This document shows, in pieces, positions 29,540 to 36,990 of a DNA stretch of 64,000 nucleotides; the first letter of the stretch is position 1; each line of letters starts with the position of its first letter. The notes under the pieces are model-generated. The model was given only the letters and a program-made list of their open reading frames with translations. It was not told the DNA's origin and did no database searches. The DNA comes from an uncultured Pelagibacteraceae bacterium (GTDB lineage: Bacteria; Pseudomonadota; Alphaproteobacteria; Pelagibacterales; AG-422-B15): positions 15,227 to 79,226 of the forward strand of contig CACEZK010000002.1 of assembly GCA_902564025.1 (NCBI GenBank), in the 5' to 3' direction. A program made the translations under genes and the position numbers.

Positions 29540-30000
29540 TTAAAAAATTAAAAATCTTTTTAATTATTTTTATTTTTATTCCGCTTTCTGCTTACTCAGC
29601 GCCAAAAGAAATAGACTGGGATGACCTAATACCATGGACATCCGTTTTTAGCCCCGGCGAGGTAAAGTTTAATAAAAATCTCGAAGATAAGGAAGTTAAG
29701 ATCCCTGGTTATGTTTTGCCATTGGATATGTACGGCCGTGGTATTAACACCTTTTTGTTAGTTCCATACATTGGAGCATGCATCCATGTCCCTCCACCAG
29801 CGCCTAATCAAATCGTTTATGTAGAAGCGGAGAATCCTTGGGAAGGTCTAGCCTGGTGGGAACCTGTTTACGTAACCGGAAAAATTAAAATTGAAAATCA
29901 AAATATTGAAGACCTTGCAATCGTTGGCTATGAATTAGCTGCAAACAATATCGAATATTATCGTGGTGAAACAGGGGTTCACGGATTCTTTGATTGGTAG
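29536..30000 (+). CDS. zrgD: DUF3299/ZrgD-like periplasmic protein
   Basis: 154 aa. Signal peptide and the signature FLLVPYIGACIHVPPPAPNQIVYV. Confidence 0.72.
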   Translation: MIKKLKIFLIIFIFIPLSAYSAPKEIDWDDLIPWTSVFSPGEVKFNKNLEDKEVKIPGYVLPLDMYGRGINTFLLVPYIGACIHVPPPAPNQIVYVEAENPWEGLAWWEPVYVTGKIKIENQNIEDLAIVGYELAANNIEYYRGETGVHGFFDW

Positions 30001-30004
30001 GATT

Positions 30005-30424
30005 TTACGAGTCTATTAACTTATCCTTAAAGTACTCAATTATATCTGATTTATAATCAAGAGGTGGGAATCTTCCAATAATATTTGATTGATAGTTCCT
30101 TGGTCTATCTCTTCTTCTGAGAAACCCATCTTTAGCTTTTGTATACGATGATACTAACTTTTTTAGAGATGAAATATATAATGGTTTTTTTGGGTCTATA
30201 TCTCCAAAAACGTAAGTAAAACGCTTATCGGCAGACAGAGAGATTGCACAAGACCGCTTGCAGCAACTCATACAATTTACACCTCTGATGATAACGTCAT
30301 CTTGTCTTTTGAAACTGTTCACAATTTTTTTTGCAAAGCGCTCGCCTCCTCGAGAATTATATTGTTCTTCTCGTCCATCTCGACAAGTTAAACAGATCGA
30401 TAAAACAGGTTTAGTGTTGCTCAT
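30005..30424 (-). CDS. DUF1636-like Cys-rich metal-binding protein
   Basis: 139 aa. Cys pattern CLTC...CMSCCKRSC. Divergent from the COG0523 gene across a Zur-box-containing gap. Confidence 0.55.
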   Translation of the reverse strand: MSNTKPVLSICLTCRDGREEQYNSRGGERFAKKIVNSFKRQDDVIIRGVNCMSCCKRSCAISLSADKRFTYVFGDIDPKKPLYISSLKKLVSSYTKAKDGFLRRRDRPRNYQSNIIGRFPPLDYKSDIIEYFKDKLIDS

Positions 30425-30441
30425 AAATTGCTAAATTTAAT

Positions 30442-30456
30442 GTTATAATATAACAA
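30442..30456. promoter_or_regulatory. Candidate Zur box (TGTTATAATATAACA) in the DUF1636-like / COG0523 divergent promoter
   Basis: Identical 15-mer to 24808-24822. 18 nt from the minus-strand ATG (30424) and 62 nt from the plus-strand ATG (30518). Confidence 0.8.
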
Positions 30457-30517
30457 CTTGTATAATGCTTTTTTTTTAATTACAAGGTATGTTTAAAAAA
30501 AACTAATTTTGTAAAAT

Positions 30518-31492
30518 ATGGAAAATAGTTCATCGCAAGTACCAGTCACTGTATTAACAGGTTTTTTAGGAGCAGGTAAAACTACTTTATTAAATCGTAT
30601 TTTAACTGAGCAACACGGTCGTCGTTATGCTGTAATTGTTAATGAGTTTGGTGAGCAAGGAATAGACAATGATCTCGTAGTTGATGCTGATGAAGAAGTT
30701 TTTGAAATGAACAATGGATGTATTTGTTGCACAGTTAGGGGTGATTTAATACGTATACTTGGAGGTCTGATGAAGCGTGCAGATCAGCTGGATGCAATAA
30801 TTGTAGAGACAACTGGACTTGCTGACCCTGCGCCCGTTGCTCAAACATTTTTTGTCGATCAAGATGTTGCAGACCGAACTAAATTAGACGCTATTGTCAC
30901 TGTCGCAGATGCTGTCCACCTTAGTTCTCAACTAGGAGAACATCATGAGGCTGAAGAGCAAATTGCTTTTGCAGATGTAGTACTGCTCAATAAGATTGAT
31001 TTAGTTGATCAAAGTCAGATTACCGGCGTTAAGGATCGCATTCGAAAAATTAATCCTTATACAAAAATAATTGAAACAAACAGATGTGCGGCTCCTCTTG
31101 ATGAAGTTCTTGGTCTTAATGCTTTTAGTCTTGATCGCGTCTTAGAGGTTGAACCTGATTTTTTGGACTCCGATCATGATCATGAACATGATGACGATGT
31201 TACCAGTGTTTCTTTTGTTTCTGACACTCCGCTTGACTTAGAAAAATTTGAGAAGTGGTTTGGAAACCTATTACAGACGCATGGTCAAAATATTCTTAGA
31301 TCAAAGGGCATTCTTGATTTTAAGAATGAAAAAGATCGCTACGTATTTCAAGGGGTTCATATGCTCATGGATGCATCTCCTATGGGTCCATGGCCTGAGA
31401 AAAGTATTCGAAATTCCCGGGTTGTATTTATTGGTCGCAAATTAGAGACAATGAATTTGAAAGAGGGCTTCGAAAGTTGTAAATCAGATTAG
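30518..31492 (+). CDS. COG0523-family G3E GTPase metallochaperone (ZigA/ZagA/YeiR-like)
   Basis: 324 aa. Walker A GFLGAGKTTLLN, metal-binding GCICCT (CxCC), ETTGLADP, NKIDL, linker DSDHDHEHDDD. Confidence 0.9.
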   Translation: MENSSSQVPVTVLTGFLGAGKTTLLNRILTEQHGRRYAVIVNEFGEQGIDNDLVVDADEEVFEMNNGCICCTVRGDLIRILGGLMKRADQLDAIIVETTGLADPAPVAQTFFVDQDVADRTKLDAIVTVADAVHLSSQLGEHHEAEEQIAFADVVLLNKIDLVDQSQITGVKDRIRKINPYTKIIETNRCAAPLDEVLGLNAFSLDRVLEVEPDFLDSDHDHEHDDDVTSVSFVSDTPLDLEKFEKWFGNLLQTHGQNILRSKGILDFKNEKDRYVFQGVHMLMDASPMGPWPEKSIRNSRVVFIGRKLETMNLKEGFESCKSD

Positions 31493-31503
31493 TTCTGCTT
31501 TAG

Positions 31504-32523
31504 ATGAATAACGAATCTGTCATAAAATCCCGCTTTGAAGAAAATGGAAAGGTCTTTGAAACAGGCGCTCCTGTTACAGGTGCAGTTTCAATAGAGAATG
31601 CTGTTGCAGTTGGATTTGGAGACGGATCAATAAGGTTTTTTTGGCCAGATAATGATCCCTTAGAAGTTCGAGCTCACTCTGGTGCAATACTAAGCATAGC
31701 TTCAAGTAATGATGGGGTCATAACAGGCGGGCAAGATGGTCGTTTTTTAAAAATATCGACAAATGCTGAGGTCGAGGAAATTTACAATTTTGGAACGCGT
31801 TGGGTAGATAATGTAGCGGCATATGAAAGTATGGTTTTATGTTCATCTGGAAAAAATGTCTACATCTGGTCAGATGAAAATGATAAGCCAAAAATATTAG
31901 AGCATCAAAGTACGATAGGTGGTATCGCAATTGATCAAAATGGAAGGAGAATTGCTGTCTCATGTTATGGAGGAGTAACTTTGTGGAGATTAGAAAAAAA
32001 CAAATGGAAATCATCAAAATTTGCTTGGAAAGGTTCACACGGTAAAGTTGGGTTTAGTCCAGATGGGAAGTATCTGGTGACAACAATGCAAGAAAATGAG
32101 CTTCATGCTTGGCGAATTCGAGATAAAGCAAGTTTTGCAATGTCAGGTTACCCGTCAAAAGTAAAAAGTTTTACATGGGCCGGGGACAACCCTTATCTAG
32201 TAACAGCGGGTGCAAAAGAAGCTATATGCTGGCCATTCGATGGTAAGGAGGGTCCAAAAGGACGTAAGCCCCTTTGCATTGCAAGTGGTGGTCAACAAAA
32301 CGCAACTTTTGTTGAATCATTGCCAGGGGAGAAAGCAGTTTTTGCTGGATTTCGAAATGGCATGGTTCTTCTCTCAGAATTATCAGAACATCCAAATGAC
32401 GTCCTCATTCAAAATCCTACAGGATCAGAAGTATCAAATATTAGTATTTCACCCGATCGATCACATATATTAGTCGGAGACTCAAAAGGCCAAATTTTAT
32501 GGTCACCTCTTTGGGAGCAGTAA
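31504..32523 (+). CDS. WD40/beta-propeller repeat protein
   Basis: 339 aa with about 7 recurring ~40-aa units: HSGAILSIASSNDGVITGGQDGRFLKI, GVTLWRL, ELHAWRI, ...ILWSPLW. 11 nt after the COG0523 gene. Confidence 0.7.
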   Translation: MNNESVIKSRFEENGKVFETGAPVTGAVSIENAVAVGFGDGSIRFFWPDNDPLEVRAHSGAILSIASSNDGVITGGQDGRFLKISTNAEVEEIYNFGTRWVDNVAAYESMVLCSSGKNVYIWSDENDKPKILEHQSTIGGIAIDQNGRRIAVSCYGGVTLWRLEKNKWKSSKFAWKGSHGKVGFSPDGKYLVTTMQENELHAWRIRDKASFAMSGYPSKVKSFTWAGDNPYLVTAGAKEAICWPFDGKEGPKGRKPLCIASGGQQNATFVESLPGEKAVFAGFRNGMVLLSELSEHPNDVLIQNPTGSEVSNISISPDRSHILVGDSKGQILWSPLWEQ

Positions 32524-32524
32524 A

Positions 32525-32791
32525 ATGGAGGGTATGTTTAAGAAAAAAAAATCAAATAAAAGTGCTACTCAAAATTTAAAAAATCTAATCATAGAGAAAT
32601 TTAGATTAAATGAAGATACTACTGTAAGCATTGCTGAACTAAGCTGTCATGAACCAAATTGCCCACCAAAAGAAACAATTATTACGATTCATAAAGCTAA
32701 AGGAATTACTTCCAACTTACGCATTCATAAACCTCTAAATCAGATAAAGAGAGAAGACGTTGAGACATTAAAACGTGAAGAAAATTTTTAA
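32525..32791 (+). CDS. Small hypothetical protein with CHEPNCPP motif
   Basis: 88 aa. Starts 1 nt after the WD40 stop, so likely translationally coupled. Cys-x5-Cys plus His could ligate metal. Confidence 0.5.
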   Translation: MEGMFKKKKSNKSATQNLKNLIIEKFRLNEDTTVSIAELSCHEPNCPPKETIITIHKAKGITSNLRIHKPLNQIKREDVETLKREENF

Positions 32792-32793
32792 TC

Positions 32794-32825
32794 TTTTCGG
32801 TGCCAGTACAACCGTACCGAAAGGA
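32794..32825. terminator. Hairpin between convergent small ORFs (candidate bidirectional terminator)
   Basis: CTTTTCGGT (32794-32802) pairs with ACCGAAAGG (32817-32825): 9 bp including one G-U, with a 14-nt loop. A weak T-run follows on the plus strand. Confidence 0.4.
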
Positions 32826-32827
32826 TT

Positions 32828-33007
32828 TTAGCCACTAATGGAGAAAAACATCAAGCCAAGAAAACCTGTCGCGATCACAAAGCTTGATAAAAGTTTAGGG
32901 GTTCTAGAAAGTTTAAGCTTTGTGGTTGAAGGAATAATCACGAGAGTCGACTCACCGTTATAGGATTGTCTTCTTATGTACTGAGGCTTCATTTTCGACT
33001 TTTTCAT
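32828..33007 (-). CDS. Possible 59-aa tail-anchored small membrane protein (below ORF-track cutoff)
   Basis: Own translation: MKKSKMKPQYIRRQSYNGESTLVIIPSTTKLKLSRTPKLLSSFVIATGFLGLMFFSISG. Basic N-terminus and hydrophobic C-terminal helix. It fills an otherwise empty 320-nt gap. Confidence 0.3.
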   Translation of the reverse strand: MKKSKMKPQYIRRQSYNGESTLVIIPSTTKLKLSRTPKLLSSFVIATGFLGLMFFSISG

Positions 33008-33112
33008 GTTTGATAAATATGTACCTAAAAAGCAAGGCTTAATTTTGATAAAAATATGTTCAAAACAAGATAGAAGTGTTTATTTTCAAAAATTTGCTGA
33101 TATAAGAGACCG

Positions 33113-34036
33113 ATGCAAAATGTCGTCTCAGTAAAGAATTTATCTAAAACTTACAGTAATCAATTTCAGGCACTAAATAATGTAAATATAGATATCAAAC
33201 AGAATGAAATATTTGCACTACTTGGACCAAATGGTGCAGGAAAAACAACTTTGATCAGTATAATTTGTGGAATAGTAACGCCAAGTATTGGGACAGTTGA
33301 GGTTGGTAACTACGATATTATTAAAGATTATAGAAAAACTAGATCACAAATTGGACTTGTCCCTCAAGAGTTAACTTTAGAACAATTTGAAATTGTTTAT
33401 AACAATGTATCCTACACGAGAGGCTTATACGGCAAACCTCCTAATCCTCAGCATATTGAAAAAATACTAAAAGATTTAAGTCTGTGGGATAAAAAAGATT
33501 CCAAAATCAATGAGCTTTCTGGTGGAATGAAAAGAAGAGTCTTGATTGCTAAGGCTCTTTCTCATGAACCTTCAGTCTTATTTCTTGATGAGCCAACAGC
33601 GGGGGTTGATGTCGAATTAAGAAAAGACATGTGGGAAGTTATTAAGAATTTAAAAAATAAAGGTGTTACAATAATTTTAACAACCCATTATATAGAAGAA
33701 GCAGAAGCAATAGCTGACCGGGTAGCAGTAATTAATAAAGGTGAGATGATAATAGTTGATGAGACTTCAAATTTAATAAAAAGTTTAGGCCAGAAAACTC
33801 TAACAATTGATTTACATGAAACAGTTAAGACATTACCTGAATCACTTAAAAATTATAAACTTACTATAGTTAATGAAGGTTTATCAATTGATTACCAATA
33901 CGATACACAAAGCAAACAAACTGGAATAACCTCTCTCTTGCAAGATATGAAGGAGGCTGGATTAAAATTAAAAGATTTAAATACTGAACAAAGTTCTCTT
34001 GAAAAGATCTTTGTAGAATTGGTGAAGGAAAAATAA
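33113..34036 (+). CDS. ABC-2-type transporter ATP-binding protein
   Basis: 307 aa. Walker A GPNGAGKTT, signature LSGGMKRRV, Walker B LFLDEPTAGVD. Confidence 0.9.
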   Translation: MQNVVSVKNLSKTYSNQFQALNNVNIDIKQNEIFALLGPNGAGKTTLISIICGIVTPSIGTVEVGNYDIIKDYRKTRSQIGLVPQELTLEQFEIVYNNVSYTRGLYGKPPNPQHIEKILKDLSLWDKKDSKINELSGGMKRRVLIAKALSHEPSVLFLDEPTAGVDVELRKDMWEVIKNLKNKGVTIILTTHYIEEAEAIADRVAVINKGEMIIVDETSNLIKSLGQKTLTIDLHETVKTLPESLKNYKLTIVNEGLSIDYQYDTQSKQTGITSLLQDMKEAGLKLKDLNTEQSSLEKIFVELVKEK

Positions 34037-34797
34037 TGAATTTATACGCAATCAGAGCAATTTATTTTCATGAAATGGATCGAATGAGAAGAACTCTTTT
34101 TCAAAGCGTGCTTTCGCCTGTGCTTTCGACTTCTTTATATTTCATTGTATTTGGTTCAGTTATTGGGGGTATGATTCCGCAAATTGAAGGAGTTAGTTAT
34201 GGATCATTCATTGTGCCTGGTTTATTAATGCTGACTTTGTTAACTCAAAGTATATCAAACTCTTCATTTGGAATATTTTTTCCAAAATTTACTGGATCGA
34301 TTTATGAGGTTCTTGCTGCACCCATTTCCTCTTTAGAAATTATCATTGGTTTTGTAGGTGCCAGTGCGACTAAATCACTTATTGTTGGCGTCATTATACT
34401 CATGACTGCAACTTTTTTTGTTGAACTAAAAATTCAATATCCCTTATTAATGCTTTTTCTTCTGGTATTAACATGTCTTACATTTAGTCTTTTTGGATTT
34501 CTAATTGGACTACTCAGTGAAAATTTTGAACAGTTGCAAGTTGTACCACTTATCATCGTCACTCCTTTAGTTTTTTTAGGCGGTAGTCTCTATACTGTAG
34601 AAATGCTTCCAGAATTTTGGCAAAATGTAACTTACTTTAATCCTGTTTTATATCTTGTGAATGGTATGAGATGGTCTTTTTACGGGGCATCCGATATTAA
34701 TATTTGGGTCAGTGTAATTTCTTTAGTTGCTTTCTTAAGCATTTGTGTTGCTGGCGTGGCAATTGCTATTACAAAAGGCTATGGTACTAAGGAGTAA
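34036..34797 (+). CDS. ABC-2-type transporter permease (YadH-like)
   Basis: 253 aa, 6 hydrophobic helices. ATG overlaps the ATPase stop (TAATG). Confidence 0.85.
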   Translation: MNLYAIRAIYFHEMDRMRRTLFQSVLSPVLSTSLYFIVFGSVIGGMIPQIEGVSYGSFIVPGLLMLTLLTQSISNSSFGIFFPKFTGSIYEVLAAPISSLEIIIGFVGASATKSLIVGVIILMTATFFVELKIQYPLLMLFLLVLTCLTFSLFGFLIGLLSENFEQLQVVPLIIVTPLVFLGGSLYTVEMLPEFWQNVTYFNPVLYLVNGMRWSFYGASDINIWVSVISLVAFLSICVAGVAIAITKGYGTKE

Positions 34798-34807
34798 TTT
34801 CTACTAA

Positions 34808-34881
34808 GCCCCTATCGCTTAATAGTAAAGCAGGTCATTGGTAATGATCAGCCGCTGGAGCGTAACCAGCTAGGGGCACCA
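34808..34881 (+). tRNA. tRNA-like cloverleaf, formally tRNA-Thr(GGT) with encoded ACCA but non-canonical D and T loops
   Basis: GCCCCTA TC GCTT AATAGTA AAGC A GGTCA TTGGTAA TGATC AGCC GCTGG AGCGTAA CCAGC TAGGGGC A CCA. All four stems pair (21 bp, one G-U). The T loop is AGCGTAA rather than TTCRANY, and the D loop lacks GG. Confidence 0.55.
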
Positions 34882-36990
34882 CTAAAAACCACTTTCTCTG
34901 ATTAATGTTGATGAAACCAAATTAAATAGATTTTGAAAAATATTATAGTTTTCAGTCTGAATTTTTACTTTACCTGCTGTTTGCCATTGAGCAGTCTCAA
35001 CTTCAGTACTTGTAGAAAAATTAAGCTGGTATAATGCTTCTTCTGGTCGATAAATAACTTTTCCATCTCCCTTAACTTCACGTGATGCAATTGATCCACC
35101 AAAAGTAGATACTAATGATAAGTAAGGAAGTTCTTCTGTCGATGTATTATTTTGTGAAACCAAAACAACTTCTGCTTCATCAAATTCATTATTTTTTGGA
35201 ACAAAATAACCACTTGTATTACCTTCAAGTTTGTCCAAATCATTTTCGCTTATAAATGCGACAACTTTTGCGTCATTGAATTGAACAATAGAAAATAATT
35301 TTTCTTTTATATTCACCCATTGGCCATTATTTAAATACTTAAGATCTTTTATCACCCCACTCATTGGTGCATAAATTGATAGATTTTCATTTTCCTCTTT
35401 AAGACTTTTAAGAATTTCAAATTCTACTTTTAATTGGTTTTCTAATATCATGAGGTTGTTCATATCAGCCTCTGATCCGATTCGACGATCCAGTTTTTGT
35501 TGTATCATCTTTACACGCTCAATTGCCTTATCAACTTTATTTGATAAGGACGGACTCATCATTGTAATTAATAAATCACCTTTTGCGACTTGTTGATCTG
35601 AGATAACAAAAATCTCTTTTATCTCAGAATCTTCTGTTGGATAGATATCGACCACTTCACCACGATCAATTACCGCTGGAAGACTGAGTGAACTTCGCCA
35701 TGGTACTAACATTGCTGCCAAAAATAATGAAAAAATAAAAATTGATCTCAATGAATACCAATTAAAGCGCATGTACCTTCTAAGTCCCCACCACTGTTTA
35801 ATTTCTCTCCAAATTGGAAGTAAAATGAACCAAACAATCTCAATAAGGAACAGAATTATGCCAAGAATTTTGAATGTTAGATAATAAACCAATAAGGCAA
35901 TTCCAATAAATATAAAGAAGCGATATATCCATGTCATCCATGCGTAAATGATAAAAGTCCACCGTCTTTGACTCATGAGTTGTTCGGGTGGTTGGAATTT
36001 AAATCCAAAGATCCATTCTCTAATCTGCCATCGACCTAAAGCAAAAGAGCGCGGTTGAAGATTTTCCGCTTTAAGAAAATCTGAGAGCACATAGTATCCG
36101 TCAAATCGCATAAACGGGCTAATATTAATAAGAAGTGATGATATCCAGCTTGAAGTTGCAATAAAAAATGAAGCACTTTTAATAACACCTTCAGGGCTAA
36201 CAGCCCAAACAAATGTAGCAAGAAGGGCAAGGTGCAATTCAGTCAGCATGCCAGCAAAATTAATTAGTAATCGTTTTCTATGGTCAGTTAATTTGTACGC
36301 ATCAGTAGTGTCAGTGTATAAAAATGGAAAAAAAACGAGCATTGCAAGTCCAATTGAAGAAACTTTGCATTTATAATATGTTGCAACATAAGCATGCCCA
36401 AGTTCGTGCAAGGCTTTAACAAAAACAATCGTTATACCAAACAAAATCAATCCATTAACATTAAAGAAATAGGAAAATGTTGTTAAAAATGTTTCATAAT
36501 TTTGGATTGTTAAAAAAATACCAATAATCCCGAAAATATAGATTATAAGTCTGCTGGTTTGCGATCCAAGAAACAATGCAAGAGGCAAACTGTTTTCAAG
36601 ACCATTTCCTGGTTTAAATAATGGGATTTTAAAGAACAAATAATTATGAATAATTTTTAACAGCCAATGCTTGTTAAGTTTCTCTTTTTGAACAACTAAA
36701 GATTTAACTTCATCGCCTGTTTTTTTAATAGTTAAATTATTGAGATTTAGAAAACTAATAAATTCTTCAATTTCTTCTTGTGTTATAGAAAGATTACTTT
36801 TTTTAATTTTTTCAATAAATTCTGTTGTCTCAATTCCACTTGACCAATTTTTAAGGAGATCAAATGCTTTTTTGTTAATCGAAAAGTATTTATTTCTTAA
36901 AGAGTCATAAAGAAGCCACGACGCTGAACCGTCCTCTTTCTTTGGTCCCTCACTGAGTTTTAAATCTTGTCGAATAGACGGTACTATCAT
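34882..36990 (-). CDS. Fusion protein: PqqD-like N-domain + polytopic M50 (site-2 protease family) metalloprotease + HlyD-like membrane-fusion domain
   Basis: 702 aa. aa ~20-90 WLLYDSLRNKYFSINKKAFDLLKNW...EEIEEFISFLNLNNL (PqqD/RRE-like pattern). HELGH at 36394-36408 within multiple TM helices. C-terminal half has a lipoyl-like VAKGDLLITM, a coiled coil and a beta-barrel typical of HlyD. Confidence 0.78.
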   Translation of the reverse strand: MIVPSIRQDLKLSEGPKKEDGSASWLLYDSLRNKYFSINKKAFDLLKNWSSGIETTEFIEKIKKSNLSITQEEIEEFISFLNLNNLTIKKTGDEVKSLVVQKEKLNKHWLLKIIHNYLFFKIPLFKPGNGLENSLPLALFLGSQTSRLIIYIFGIIGIFLTIQNYETFLTTFSYFFNVNGLILFGITIVFVKALHELGHAYVATYYKCKVSSIGLAMLVFFPFLYTDTTDAYKLTDHRKRLLINFAGMLTELHLALLATFVWAVSPEGVIKSASFFIATSSWISSLLINISPFMRFDGYYVLSDFLKAENLQPRSFALGRWQIREWIFGFKFQPPEQLMSQRRWTFIIYAWMTWIYRFFIFIGIALLVYYLTFKILGIILFLIEIVWFILLPIWREIKQWWGLRRYMRFNWYSLRSIFIFSLFLAAMLVPWRSSLSLPAVIDRGEVVDIYPTEDSEIKEIFVISDQQVAKGDLLITMMSPSLSNKVDKAIERVKMIQQKLDRRIGSEADMNNLMILENQLKVEFEILKSLKEENENLSIYAPMSGVIKDLKYLNNGQWVNIKEKLFSIVQFNDAKVVAFISENDLDKLEGNTSGYFVPKNNEFDEAEVVLVSQNNTSTEELPYLSLVSTFGGSIASREVKGDGKVIYRPEEALYQLNFSTSTEVETAQWQTAGKVKIQTENYNIFQNLFNLVSSTLIRESGF

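Noticed and set aside
33113-34797. ABC-2 ATPase/permease pair as the missing energiser of the adhesin secretion locus
   Set aside because: The pair is convergent to the locus and separated from it by the tRNA-like element. It is of the small 6-TM ABC-2 (YadGH-like) type, not the fused TMD-NBD T1SS exporter type. It cannot be formally excluded, since ABC-2 pumps can use HlyD-like adaptors, so I treat it as unlikely rather than impossible.
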